DNA of 64,000 nt from Dicyema japonicum (lineage: Eukaryota > Animalia > Dicyemida). This document shows, one piece after another, positions 49,860-61,779 of this stretch. Made by a program: the position numbers and the translations under genes. How positions within the stretch are numbered: position 1 is the stretch's first letter; every line of letters starts with the position of its first letter. The notes under the pieces were generated by a model, which ran no database searches, was not told the origin of the DNA, and saw only the letters and a program-made list of their open reading frames with translations. The stretch covers positions 1,103,222 to 1,167,221 of the forward strand of contig RDEW01000018.1 in assembly GCA_011109175.1 (NCBI GenBank). The letters run 5' to 3'.

Positions 49860-51600
49860 TTTTCATTGACCGTTACTGTACAAAAACCATTCCGGAGAAT
49901 GCATTTGGTAGTACTTCTAGTATTCTCTTGATTACAGAGGTGTCTACAAATATAGTTTGTATCGTCTGCATAGAGATATCTGTTGCATTTGGTAGGAGTT
50001 TCTGAAAAACTTTAAAGCAACCTCCATTGATATTATGAAAAAGATTGGAGATAATGAATATTCCCGTGGGACACGTCGTATGAAATCCTGTGGACACTTC
50101 CCAGTATGACTGTGTTGTCCAGCGACATGTCTATTAAATGAATTTCATTTCGAAGGTAGCGGACGGACGTAAGCTGCTTAGATGGCCTTTGATTTACAGG
50201 TTTTTATTGGGACTAGTAGTCCTTCACAAAGAATTCCTGGATTGTAATACATTCCCGTTCTATTGAAAATTTTCATATAACTCTCGCTAGTTCGATAGAC
50301 CCGTACTGAAAGGTCCTGTGGTACTCCGTCAGATCCCGGAGATTCACTGGTATTGAGTTTAGATATCGCAGATAGTGTTTCTTTGATTTTTATTTTGTAC
50401 TTTAGTGCCTTTGGGTTACCTGGATGCGGGAATTTATGTGACGATCGAACAACCTCTCATCATTCTTATATTTTTACCAGCACTTCTCTTCCATTTAGCT
50501 GCTTATGCAGCTGTCCGATTTTTGTAAGTGGTCGGTTACAGAGTGTTCGTAATTCCTTCGATTTGACTGGATTTGTCAATCTTTCTTTTCGTAGAAGTTG
50601 CTTCTGTAGAAGCGAGAACTTCTCGGTTTTTGATTTTCTTGAAATCTCGTCGATTGAGTTGTATCCGTGGCTTTTCTTGCTATAATTTTATTATAGTGAC
50701 TATTTCCTTCCACTATTCAATCGGGGATATATCTTTCAGTGGTTTCATACTTTTGGTCAGGGTGATCCTATATCTTTGTCGGGTTGTTTCATCAAATAAC
50801 AGACTCCACTGCTATCGGACACTATGCTCTTCCTACAAAGGCACGTGTCATACAAAAAAGGGCAACAGCTTTACGATGATCTTTTGACGTCAGGAGATCG
50901 TTGTAGGATCTCGAGTCAACTATAATTTCTTTTGGCCTTGTCTGCATACCATATACTCGATTTGGTTAGATATCATGATTAATGTGTCATGTTGGGTTCT
51001 TCTTGTCACAGTCCACGTGGTAATGTGTGTTTGAATGTGTATTGCAGGTTCATGTTAAAAATTCAACTATTAGTGTCCAGGAGATTCCTTATGTTTTTCC
51101 CATGTGATTCAATACATAGGTCTCATCAGGCTCTCTGTCAGTTATAGCCTCTAGTCTCCAGCAATAAGAAGCAGTACGATGACATTTCTGCATATACACT
51201 TGAGAGGGAATCACAAAACTCTTCTATGTTCCTTGCAACTCTAGTCCCTGTTGGGACATAAATGTTTATGTAAGAATTCTTACTTTCCCATCACGGATTT
51301 TCATAATGCTGAGCCGATCATTGATCCTCTTTATTGTGCTAACATATGGTTCAATACTCTTAAAGACAGCGAAGCCAATACTACTACAATGTGGGGATTC
51401 GGAGGCACATATGTAGTCAACAATATTCATCATGTGTTGCTTCTTTACCTTCGTTTTTTGTAAACATCAGATTGATACTTTGTAGCTTTTGAGGACATGA
51501 GCCAGCTAACGCCTCCTTTGATCATCGTTCAGGCCACTTGCGTTTAGGAAGCCAAGAGTGAAAGGACCCTTACTGACTTAGCGTGCGCCATGGAGGGTGG
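49860..51600 (-). mobile_element. Decayed RTE-like LINE ORF2 (APE + RT)
   Basis: GFLNASGL..CLQKTK, INIYVPT..IEEFCDSL, SKDHR, SPGSDGVP and YLYADDT, in the correct order. Confidence 0.8.
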
Positions 51601-52159
51601 TCACCAACGTCCGATATTAAAATTTGATAAAAGTGGAGGAATCAGCAAAAGGGATATAAATGTCAACAAGAATAAGTAAACCACCCCCAACTGAACTAGT
51701 AAAGGTCGGAATAATTTTTGAAATATGGAGACTTGGATTTCGATGTAACCTTTGTTTATTGAATAAGCAGTGTCCATTTTATAAGCCAAGTAAATTAGTA
51801 CATTTTCTTGAAAAGTCCGTTTATGTTCAACCGAATCAACTTTGACTGAAATGACTCTGGTTCAGAATTAGATTCTCGCCACCACACATGATTAAAGAAA
51901 TCTGGAAACGTTAGTTTGGCGCCCCTCTCGTAGCCACTAACAAGCAAACTATTTTGTAGTCTCTCGATAGGGGAAAGAAGTGGGTTTGTTCGCTACAAAA
52001 GTAGGAAATTTTCTACACGAGAAAGTGACACGCATGAAAACCAAAACCTAATTTTTTAAATAAAATTAATTATTTGAAAAATAAAATAAATTTTAAATAA
52101 TAAATCGTGAAATAAACGTGATTCTTGTTTGCCCTTATATACTTTGTAAAGAAATTTAA

Positions 52160-52640
52160 ATGGAAGTCGAGGAAAGAATATTTTCAGATGATTCTACTTC
52201 AGATTCTGACAGAGAGCTACTAGACTTGTATCAAAGGGATATATCAAATCTGGCCTCTACAAAAGTAGAGAAGAAAAACGACAGGATCAGGATAATGAAG
52301 GTTTAACTAGGGTACTATCTCAATTCTCCCAATCCAAGTTAATGTTGATAGAAAGACTCGATATCCTTGTGAGAGGCCAACAATTCGTTGAATTCCCCGA
52401 AAATGAACAGAAAAGTGGAAAAAGTTCAATTAATGTTGATTTCACCGACAGACGGTCTCGTGAAAAGCTGTCCTTTATGGCGACTCAGAAGACTGTCTCT
52501 GAAGGACTCGGCAGATTATACAAACTTGGAGTTCCTCTACCAGACTCGATGATTACTTTGCAGAAATGGCCAAATCTGACGTCTACGTGAAAAAAAGTCA
52601 GTGTGCGACTGGTAGAATAGACCGGGGAAAGATTATTAGT
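52160..52640 (+). pseudogene. EBNA1BP2: 5' half of rRNA-processing protein EBP2; 3' half not found in the window
   Basis: SDSDRELLD..DNEGLTRVLSQF..IERLD..RLYKLGVP.[T]RLDDYFAEMAKSD; two single-base deletions (~52288, ~52539); followed by LINE-derived sequence. Confidence 0.8.
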
Positions 52641-52895
52641 TTGATTCTTTTGTTCCTCCTCTTCCCTTTTGGCTCCAGGGAGCTTCAATTGTTAGCCTGC
52701 GTCATGTGGTCAACCATTTCTGGTGGTGCCAGTAATAATCCTAAATTATATCTAAAAGGACCATTAGTCAACAACCATCCAGAGGATTTTTCCCTGACGG
52801 CACTTGTTTCAAGTCCGAGGATGCTGAGGAGAGCCGGGATCACTTGAATTTTTTCATTCTGTCTATGACGGTGTTTTTTGGTTCAATAAATTTAA
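52640..52895 (+). mobile_element. LINE 3'-end relic abutting the EBP2 fragment
   Basis: Ends RMLRRAGIT* (gccgggatcacttga) plus a tail matching 47020-47085. Confidence 0.6.
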
Positions 52896-53331
52896 AATAT
52901 AAACTAGCATCTAAATATTAAATATAGTTTAAAATATACATAAAAACATTTTGGAAAAACACTATTTTGAAAATGTTGATGTGAGTAATCATTTGCGATA
53001 ATTGAAATAGCCACATAAAGAACTCCAAAAGAACATGTAGTATTCACTGTATCTTAAAAGTTTCTTTTGTTCCCTTTCTCCTTAAACTATTGTCGGAAGA
53101 TGCCTGAACCTTTATGACGCATCCTGATGGTATACGAACAAGGGATATTTTAGATTTTTTTATTGCGCCCATATTTGAGCTCATCGAGATCGGTGAAAAC
53201 AGATTATTGAGAACTGAAGAGTCCTGTGGGAATTTTGTTGTGGAATTCCCAGCATTGACCTTGACCTCTTTGTATTCTGCTTTAACAACCCAGAAGATGC
53301 TAGCTTATTTGAAAGGGATCTCAATGCAAAG

Positions 53332-54470
53332 TTGCCTTTTGGGGATAATGGACACAAACTTACACGAACTAAGTTGCCACCCTCGGAAATTGTATTAAAA
53401 AATTCACCAACGTGGGTAGAACTTGAAGAGCTTAATGAATACCTTGCCACTATTATATCTTCAGAGTCAACTATCAAAAGATTTGAAAAACGTGGCGAAA
53501 GATTACCTATGGCAAAACTAATAATAGAAAACCGTGGAGAAGCTCAGTCTTTAATTAGACTTGGTTTTAAAATTGGTTTCTCACAAGTCACAGCTGAATG
53601 GTTTAAAAAACCTAAAATTCAATGCTTTCGTTGCCAGTTATTCGGTCATATTGCGCGTTTCTGCAAAAACGTTGAAAGATGTTTGATTTGCTCAGGAAAC
53701 CACAGAAGGTGTCAACTTGACTTAAAGAACGGTAAAAATTGCATAAATTGTGGATCAACTAACCTCATGGCTAACTACGGAGGTTGTTCTTGTGCAAAAG
53801 CAGCCAATAAACTCAAGATGGATAAATTCTTACCTCAAAGTAAGTCAACTTGACTTAAAGAACGGTAAAAATTGCATAAATTGTGGATCAACTAACCTCA
53901 TGGCTAACTACGGAGGTTGTTCTTGTGCAAAAGCAGCTAATAAACTCAAGATGGATAAATTCTTACCTCAAAGTAAACCTCGCAATAAAAGTGTTGCTAA
54001 AGGAAGTAATGTTGCCAGGAAGATCGGAGACAATAAAGATTTGGCCAAGCCAACTCGAACAAGATGGAATCCGATCACTCCTAAGAATACGACCTTGGAT
54101 TTTGGAATGCAGACGGATAGACCACCAGTGTCCTCCGTTGACAGTGGATCTCAAACACAGTCACTAAGTCAATCAGCGAATACAAATGATCCGAATGGAC
54201 GGAAGAACCCACGGTAAACAGAAATGTTCAGGAAGAGGAACGTTTTCATAATATTGTTGAACAATTATCTAAAAATATTAAAAACATGACAAGAACGAAG
54301 AAGGATGCCAAGTTTTTACTTGGTCTGGTGGCGCTCCTAAGAAGAGAGGACAGCAACCAAATAAGTCAGATATAACCAGGATTACCCTGGTTAATGCCCG
54401 CTCTCTTAAGAAGCGGGCTGCGGAGCTGGTAGCCCTTACCAGCGCTGTTGAGATGGATGTATTAATTATT
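53332..54470 (+). mobile_element. LINE ORF1 (gag-like, three zinc knuckles) plus start of ORF2 APE
   Basis: QCFRCQLFGHIARFC, RCLICSGNH and CINCG..ANYGGC; ITLVNARSLKKRAAEL at ~54375. Confidence 0.85.
53711..53975 (+). repeat. 133-bp tandem duplication within ORF1
   Basis: Copies start at 53711 and 53844; one visible mismatch (gcagccaat / gcagctaat). Confidence 0.95.
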
Positions 54471-54479
54471 AATAAAACA

Positions 54480-55060
54480 ACTTTTCATTATTCTTTGTGA
54501 TAACAGTGTCTCGCTGTCATAATGTGATAGTCGGCATAAGACAGAAGGATGGTGTTTTGAGAGTTTGGAGTTGGAAAGTCTCTTGTAAATAGACTGAATA
54601 TAGCCGGCGATAGTGGGGATCCTTGAGGGACCCCATTTGGGAGTGTGTCGTAGTTTTGATTTTCGATTGTTCATTACAGCCTAACCTCTTATGTCTTCGA
54701 TGAATGTGTGGAAGTTGAATGTAGGGATCTGAATTTCGGGAAGCTGTAACGAGAGAGCAATCTTCTGAAGGATTAATTTTTCTAGTATCTGCGAAAGTCC
54801 AAAGAGGATTGATACTGGACGGTAAGACCGGGGGTCGTCCAGAGACTTGTTTCGTTTCGGGATTGGACGTATCAGGGGTTAGATGTGATTTAAATTCGTT
54901 ATCCGTCGATCACTGTCCTCGAGAAGCTCATTAAGTGCTGAAAGTTTCCTTGATCAGTACTCTGTCACTGAAATACGGATGCTCCTATCAAACTCGTGGG
55001 TGCGAGTTCTCTAATCGTCCACCTGCGATCTCACCGTTTACCGGAAGTGCTTCCGCTAAT
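54480..55060 (-). mobile_element. LINE RT relic
   Basis: GVPQGSPLSPAIFSLFTRDFP..LSYADY. Confidence 0.75.
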
Positions 55061-55211
55061 GTTTGGGAAGGAACTTGATCAAGTGTCTTCCTTCAGGACT
55101 ACACGTGAACAATCTTGTTTCCAAATGAGTTTCTTGGTTCTTTTCAGAAACACATGAAACCATGTTCCTATAGACTCTTGAGAGTGGATAGGGATGGACT
55201 CTGACGAAGGA

Positions 55212-55490
55212 AGAAGACTTCCGTTTTTGAATACCCCAGTCCATAAATTATAAAGGAAGTAACTCAAGTTATTTCCTAAAATGCCGCATTACGGTAACCA
55301 CGGCATATAAATAGACAAATTCTACGACCGTCAAACTTTGTTATGGAAATAGAAGACTTCCGTTTTTGAATACCCCAGTCCATAAATTATAAAGGAAGTA
55401 ACTCAAGTTATTTCCTAAAATGCCGCATTACGGAAACCACGGCATATAAATAGACAAATTCTACGACCGTCAAACTTTGTTATGGAAATT
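55212..55490 (+). repeat. 139-bp tandem duplication ending at the orphan ORF start
   Basis: Copies start at 55212 and 55351; one visible mismatch (cggtaacc / cggaaacc). Confidence 0.95.
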
Positions 55491-56444
55491 AATAAATACG
55501 ATTCATTTTCCTCAAATTTACCCCACGATGATTTGCGTCTACCTCCACCTCCGATGGAGACAAAGAAGGCCAAGAGAATAAGATTTAAATCATTACCGCC
55601 TTATTCTATTTTGACGACAAGAAGCTCGAAACCAAACCTAAATGAGTGTTCCACAGTTAAGGCAAATAAACAAGAAAAGGGTACCAAAAGACCTCGGAGT
55701 CGAAGTAGAAAAGACTCTAAAAAAACGTTGCCCACCTCTGCATTTTGGAATATGGACATTTTAAATATTTTTGGTATTTCAGCAGAGGATGAGCCAACAA
55801 ATATATCAGATGAATGTACTATGTCCCCCACTGTAAACGAAGTGCCTGAAATTGTTGAATCTCCCGCAAAAATCCCCAAAATACACGAGTTTTCAATTCT
55901 CCCTGCGAGGGGAACTAAATTCTCCAAATATGAGTTTATGGTAAACAACTTGAAACTCGAGAAGAAAAACGAATTTATGCAGGGATCTGATGATTGTACT
56001 ACGCAGTGTCTTCTAAATGACATGTACAACGACTCATTACTGAATCGCATCAATGTTAATCCTGTCATTTACGCGGCTTTCATCGACTGTTTAAGGCATT
56101 ACCCTAAAAATGACTCATTTGATCGCCAAACTATGAGCTATCACATTGGTGGTGATTCATTTTTGGTACCTCATGGAATTGGTAATGATTATCCAATATT
56201 TAAAGATGACCATGATGTGGAGAGGATCGTAAAGGTTCTATATGATGGTGCTGAAATTCTGGGACTAAAGCGTGATGACGATGTTTACGTTCGAATTGTT
56301 GACATGGCCAAAATTTTGTTCAAGTCGAGACGTTTTGCTGAATTTCACAAAATATGTGAAAATTTGAAAATCCCAGTATTATCGACTTTTTCACATGATA
56401 GGTCCTTTTCAGTAAGGAAAAGGAGTTACATGAACTCGAATTGA
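55482..56444 (+). CDS. Intronless 320-aa orphan protein (disordered basic/Pro N-half, predicted helical C-half)
   Basis: Longest uninterrupted ORF in the window; ATG to TGA, with aataaa at ~56560; no family recognised. Confidence 0.7.
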   Translation: MEINKYDSFSSNLPHDDLRLPPPPMETKKAKRIRFKSLPPYSILTTRSSKPNLNECSTVKANKQEKGTKRPRSRSRKDSKKTLPTSAFWNMDILNIFGISAEDEPTNISDECTMSPTVNEVPEIVESPAKIPKIHEFSILPARGTKFSKYEFMVNNLKLEKKNEFMQGSDDCTTQCLLNDMYNDSLLNRINVNPVIYAAFIDCLRHYPKNDSFDRQTMSYHIGGDSFLVPHGIGNDYPIFKDDHDVERIVKVLYDGAEILGLKRDDDVYVRIVDMAKILFKSRRFAEFHKICENLKIPVLSTFSHDRSFSVRKRSYMNSN

Positions 56445-56639
56445 TCTCTTTTACTCGCCCCGATAGAGACCAGCGCATAATTGGACTTTCTTATTTGAAT
56501 CGATTCTTTGATCAAATTAGGGAGTTGTTGCGTTGACATTTTTAAATTAACATTTTTGTAAATAAACATTGTTTTGTACTTTCATGGCTGTAAGCTTAAA
56601 ATAAAGTAACTTCCTTAATAGAGGAACTAACTTGTACGA

Positions 56640-57600
56640 TCGTTCCTCTGCTTCCAGACCAATGTCCTACTGTGTCTTTGATTACTTTAGCTGAATTAAA
56701 AATTTGTATTGAGGACAATATTGTTGGTTTTACAACTTCAAGCCTCGGGTTGCTGCTTTGAGGACGATCCTCGAAGCATTGAAGTGAGGCTGGAAGTTCA
56801 GAAACTTAAGAAATTAGATGAAACTGATATTTTTCGTTCAACTCATTACACGAGTCCCTTGCATTCTTCGAAGACATCGAACGTAATTCAGCCCGTAGAA
56901 TACCTAACTATTCTGAATATCAACAATCACTAACCGACACTCCAATCCTGCCCTCCATTGACAGGACCTCCCGGCACGTTGTTTGCAACAAGATGTTCCC
57001 ATAGACTATTCTTACATTCATACAGAGATGTCTGAAATCATTTCTCTTTGGTAGAATGGGACGTACCCTGGTTATGTCAGAGAAATCTCGTGACCTTTAC
57101 CTCCCAAACGGAGTCCCACAAGGTCTGCCCTCTCTCCGGCTTTGTTCAACCTTCGCCTGAGCAGCTGGAAGATGCGCTTGTGATGACTTGATCTTCGTTT
57201 GGGAGAGAAACATTATTTCCGCCTCTTGATTCTCTAGAACTACGTGACTCCCTCTTGGGCCTCATCCTCGCAGCCTCTAATATCCAAAAATTTCAGAGTC
57301 AAAAATGGACCTTTTTGAACAATTATTGGATGCAAAAAATTTCACCGTCCGACCACCTCCACTTGGAAGCCACCAATCTCCCAGTGGAAGATCACCTCTG
57401 TATGAGGAACCTCCAATTATTAAATGAAACCACAGAATCAGACCACTCTTGCTACTTCTTGACTTACACGAAGAACTTCAGAAAAATAATTCCGAAAAAT
57501 AATTACCACATCATTCCTGTTTCGTTATTTGGCTAGAATTCGTCAACCTCTTCCGAATAAAACCAAGTCAAAGACAATACATGACTCCTACAAGTGGTGA
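56640..57600 (+). mobile_element. Heavily decayed APE/RT LINE relic
   Basis: ..NGVPQG.PLSPALFNL remnant at ~57110-57150. Confidence 0.55.
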
Positions 57601-57800
57601 ATTCCAGAGGTTTTACTGTGATTTACTGAGATTAAATCAATAAAATAACATTAATTTACTCCAGTCTGCCATACTACTCAAAAATAAGTTTTATTGAGTA
57701 GTAACCTCTCTTAATCACAGTTAATTCTCTATTTACCCCCGACCCTTTCACTGTAATCTCGTGGCTATCAGAAGTTAATTCTTATAAACATGGCTGATTT

Positions 57801-58258
57801 TCAAAGTCGGGCGGAAGTGGCGGAATATCTCAGACGAGTGTCTTTCATAATAAAAGTCAACCAACCATTCGGAATGCCTATCAATTTGATGTTGGAAGAT
57901 GACTTTCTGATCTCTTTAAATATCTTCCTTTCCCTCTCACCAATCAGAGAAACAGCCCTTAGCCTTAAAACCCTGACAACCTCCCACTCTTTGATGCCCT
58001 AGCTGTCCTCCCAATACGGTGGATGTACAGTTTTAAAGTTGACGGCATATTATAGTTAATGACCTTTAATATAATATCAATTCCACAGTTTCAATGTAAT
58101 CAACATCCAACCCACATGCCGCCAAATCAGTGGCTAAAAGGACATTGAATCTTTCAAGTTTGAATAAACTAAGCATCTCACATCGCTGAGACTGAGTCAA
58201 ATCCCCATGAAGTTCCCCCACTGATATTCCAAACAAACCCAAAACCACGTGCAACCAT
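57801..58258 (-). CDS. DDX27: DDX27/Drs1 DEAD-box helicase, C-terminal (RecA2) half
   Basis: [62 protein letters not shown], with 23-24 nt introns. Confidence 0.85.
58230..58258 (-). repeat. 29-bp inverted repeat, left copy
   Basis: Exact reverse complement of 59707-59735 (atggttgcacgtggttttgggtttgtttg). Confidence 0.97.
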
Positions 58259-58299
58259 ACAAAGCCAAAACCAAGACACTCTTCTGAGATTAAGTAACC

Positions 58300-58600
58300 T
58301 TTGCCTCACTAAGTTGTAGGAGGGCAGCAGCTATTAAATAGGATGCTATAGATGCCGATCAATCTCATAGATCGGTCAGTCCCGGTATTGTAGACGAACG
58401 TTGTGCTAATTCATGACATTCAAATAATTGTTTTGTTGTCAACTCATTAAGGTTGCAAGAGGGAAAGAGGACATCGTACGTCGGTAGAGAGGGTGCCCAC
58501 ATTGTAGACGAGTCAGGTTTACCCAGACGTCTCTCAGAAGAGAGGATTCTGATTGGTCTATCGGAGGAGGGGTGGGTGTAGTATTTCATTATCATCGAAT
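58300..58600 (-). mobile_element. CR1/L2-like LINE tail relic
   Basis: SSTMWAPSL...TIPGLTDL. Confidence 0.5.
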
Positions 58601-58779
58601 AATAATAATAATCGTGTATTCCTTTGGTAACTCGTATAAGCTTGTCTTAAGGAAGAAAGGAATTAGTTAATGATTCTCGGATGTTATGTTATTATTCCCA
58701 GGCTAACAATCTTTGGTAAGCCCAGCACAAGCAGTCATAATTACACGTGACAGTAAGGACTGGTTCTCTGCCTGTTTGT

Positions 58780-59735
58780 TTATTGGTTATTCAAGGGTTG
58801 TAAGAATGTATGCGAGAGCTTTACCACCTTTGAGGAGACTAGTCTATCAAGACCTCTTTTAAAAGTATCTTCTTCTTGTTATAAAGTCCCTAAATGATTT
58901 GTCCATTACAGCTCCAACTCCTATTCAGTCCAAAGTCATCCCGATTGCCCTTTCTGGGAGGGATCTTTGTGCACGAGCACCCACTGGATCTGGTTTTCAG
59001 TCCTCATTATAATAGGAAAGACCGCTGCCTATATTCTTCCCACATTGGAAAGACTCCTGTTTATACAGAACTACGACAACATTACTCGTGTCCTCATTTT
59101 AGTGCCCACAAGGGAACTGGCCATTCAAGTCAATCACGTTACCTCCCAATTGGCCAAATATATGACGATTAATATATCAGTTGTCACTGGTAGGTTCACG
59201 TGGGTTATTTTAGGTGGTCTTCCAATTGATCCCCACAGAACGATGCAGTGAGCTGCCCAGACATTCTCATTGCCACTCCGGGACGACTAATAGATTTAAT
59301 TAGCAACAGGAAGGTCGATTTGAGAACCATAGAGGTTCTAATTCTAGACGAGGCTGATAGGTACAGTTATTTGCTTATTTAGAATGTTGGATGATCACTT
59401 TTATGAGCAAATCAAAGTTATAATGACTTCTCTGTCCTCCCATAGACAAACTATGCTCCTCTCTGCTACAATGACCGACCAAGCACGTGAACTTTCCAAC
59501 CTTATACAAAAGTCCCCAGTAAATGTGGTTGTTAATGACAAATCTGTTGGAAATTTGAGTCAGGAGTATGTTAGGATTAGGCCGGGACATGAGAAAGATC
59601 GTCCGACTGTACTTGCATGTTGCTTTGTGTAGTTTATTCTAGGTTTGTTGAGAAATGTGTTTAAAAGAAGGGTGATCGTCTTTGTTGGGACCAAAAAGGT
59701 AGTGAGATGGTTGCACGTGGTTTTGGGTTTGTTTG
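58780..59735 (+). CDS. DDX27: DDX27/Drs1 DEAD-box helicase, N-terminal (RecA1) half, ending abruptly at the inverted repeat
   Basis: LSRPLLK|..PTPIQ..TGS|[26 protein letters not shown]|[14 protein letters not shown] and [18 protein letters not shown]; introns 22-24 nt; start codon not located. Confidence 0.9.
59707..59735 (+). repeat. 29-bp inverted repeat, right copy
   Basis: Exact reverse complement of 58230-58258. Confidence 0.97.
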
Positions 59736-59740
59736 ACAGT

Positions 59741-61300
59741 TTAAACCACGTGGTACTTTGTGGCAAAGTCAACAAACCGGTTCAATCTCAAAATCAAGTG
59801 GAAACAGCTGGAGACGAGGTATGGGAAATTCTGTAGGGAAGATAATCCCTGAAGAGCAGTTCTTTGGCAACCGTGGAGAGTAAGAAGTCAACAAACCGGT
59901 TCAATCTCAAAATCAAGTGGAAACAGCTGGAGACGAGGTATGGGAAATTCTGTAGGGAAGATAATCCCTGAAGAGCAGTTCTTTGGCAACCGTGGAGAGT
60001 AAGGTTACACGTTTCCACCAAATTGGAGAATTCAACTAGTCGGTCTCTGTGTCTACCCAACAGACGACAATCTTCAAGTCGGAAAAACTCGGGAAGTGGT
60101 CTTTGATTGATAAAGTGCTCCGATTGAAGGATCTCTGGTATTTCGTAGTCCAACAGACGAGTCCTCTGATTATTTCTCAGTTTTACATTCTCCGAATTGC
60201 TGCTTCTTACCATCTCCCTTAACACTTCAATCTCCTGTCGGTTACTCCCACCCAAATACCTTCATCAGTGTAGACTGAATCTCCTCAGACCTGTCCTCAG
60301 CCTCCTTTCCAGCCATGAGTTGATTTTTGATTGAAGAACATCGCTCTTCCAATTCCTTAACGGTCGATTCCTTCTCCCCTACAACTCCACCTAGTCGGTC
60401 GACCTCCACGAACAACTCATTAATCTACGTAACCAGGACGACCACCTGCTCAGATTTTACCGCATTTTCACTTAACAGGTCAGAATTTTGCTTTTTTAGA
60501 TCCTCGATTTGTTCAACGTGGGAGACTAGCTCTGTTTCCAATTCGTCCGCGTGTTTCTACCGTAAGTTCAAGTTCCCACCAAATAAATATCGCATTTCCC
60601 GCAAATTTGGATCTCCTCGTTGACTTTTTCGTCATTTTCTATCACGTAAGAGACGTCATCCATCAGAGTGTATGTCACTTCACTTCTGCTCAGTTTATCC
60701 ACCAAATCTCTCCGGTGTGAGTCAGATTCCTCCAAAAGCTTCTTCATTCTCGTCTCCTTTTACTCCCATTCCTCTATTTCTCTTTAAATTCAGAAAAACT
60801 CTCGTTTTCCGCATTTCTTGCCTCCAAGTAGTCGATCCTTTCCGTCTTTTCTTTCAAAACTGACCTAAGCTTCTTCACCACCTCCTCCATAGAAGTCCAC
60901 GAGTCTTCAAGCTTCTTCAATTTACCAACAAGCTCGGAGAATGGCTAAATATGAGAGGACACGTGTACCTTCGATATTATGGACATCATCCCAAGGATGA
61001 CTATCAACTGCTGAACGAAAAGATTCTGTTTATTACTTAGAAGCTCGATATTTTGAACAGCCGACTTGAGAGAAGTGATACACGTGGGCTGGCATTTTCT
61101 ACGAACAGGTGACTGTCCTCGAATGATGAAATAAGACAATTGCTGCTGGAATAAGGAAAACTGGGTCATAAAATCCACGAAAACGGTCTCTTGTGGGACG
61201 AGGCTGTAGTCCCTAAAAATAAGGGATGGGAAATACTCGTTTATAGGGTAATTTGACAATTTGGGACTATGAGATTGTTTATTGGTGATGAAGGGCTCAT
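59741..61300 (-). CDS. Unidentified spliced coiled-coil protein
   Basis: Long E/K/L-rich heptad exons joined by 21-25 nt GT-AG introns; stop at 59741-59743 once the 119-bp duplication is removed; an apparent in-frame TAA near 60760; start uncertain. Confidence 0.6.
59768..60003 (+). repeat. 119-bp tandem duplication in the coiled-coil gene
   Basis: Copies start at 59768 and 59887; no mismatch noticed. Confidence 0.95.
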
Positions 61301-61779
61301 ACTAGAGATATATAGTTCTTCCACCTGACTGTCACTCGCACTCACAATCGTCGAGGCAAAAGGCAGGGGGACCCATCTTAGTCCCCATTAGTATCAATCT
61401 CATTGTGCATTCCCTCAAACCTCGGTTTACTTTAAGGATGTAGTCTTCACGCTGTCGGATTAGCAGACAGATTTGTCCAAGTTGTAGTGCCTCTGTGGCT
61501 AGTTTCTCTCCAATGTCTACGGAAGATGTCTATTTTAGAGGATTTAGGGTACCTTCGTGAGAGAATCAACGATAGGTCGCAACGAGTCAGATAGAGAATT
61601 TAATGCCACACTTATGTCTGAGTGATGAATGTTCATAGTCGATATAGTAATTTAAATTATATTAATTACATATTTAACTAATTATTTTTTAATTTTAATT
61701 AATAAAAGACCGCCATTTAATTTGATGATGTTGTTTAACCCTTTTGTGTCTCATATCGTCGCTTTCATCAAAAATGGTC

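Noticed and set aside
55601-56068. 155-aa antisense ORF; also the antisense ORFs over the CRE element (12148-12983)
   Set aside because: Shadows of the coding strand with no independent signal.
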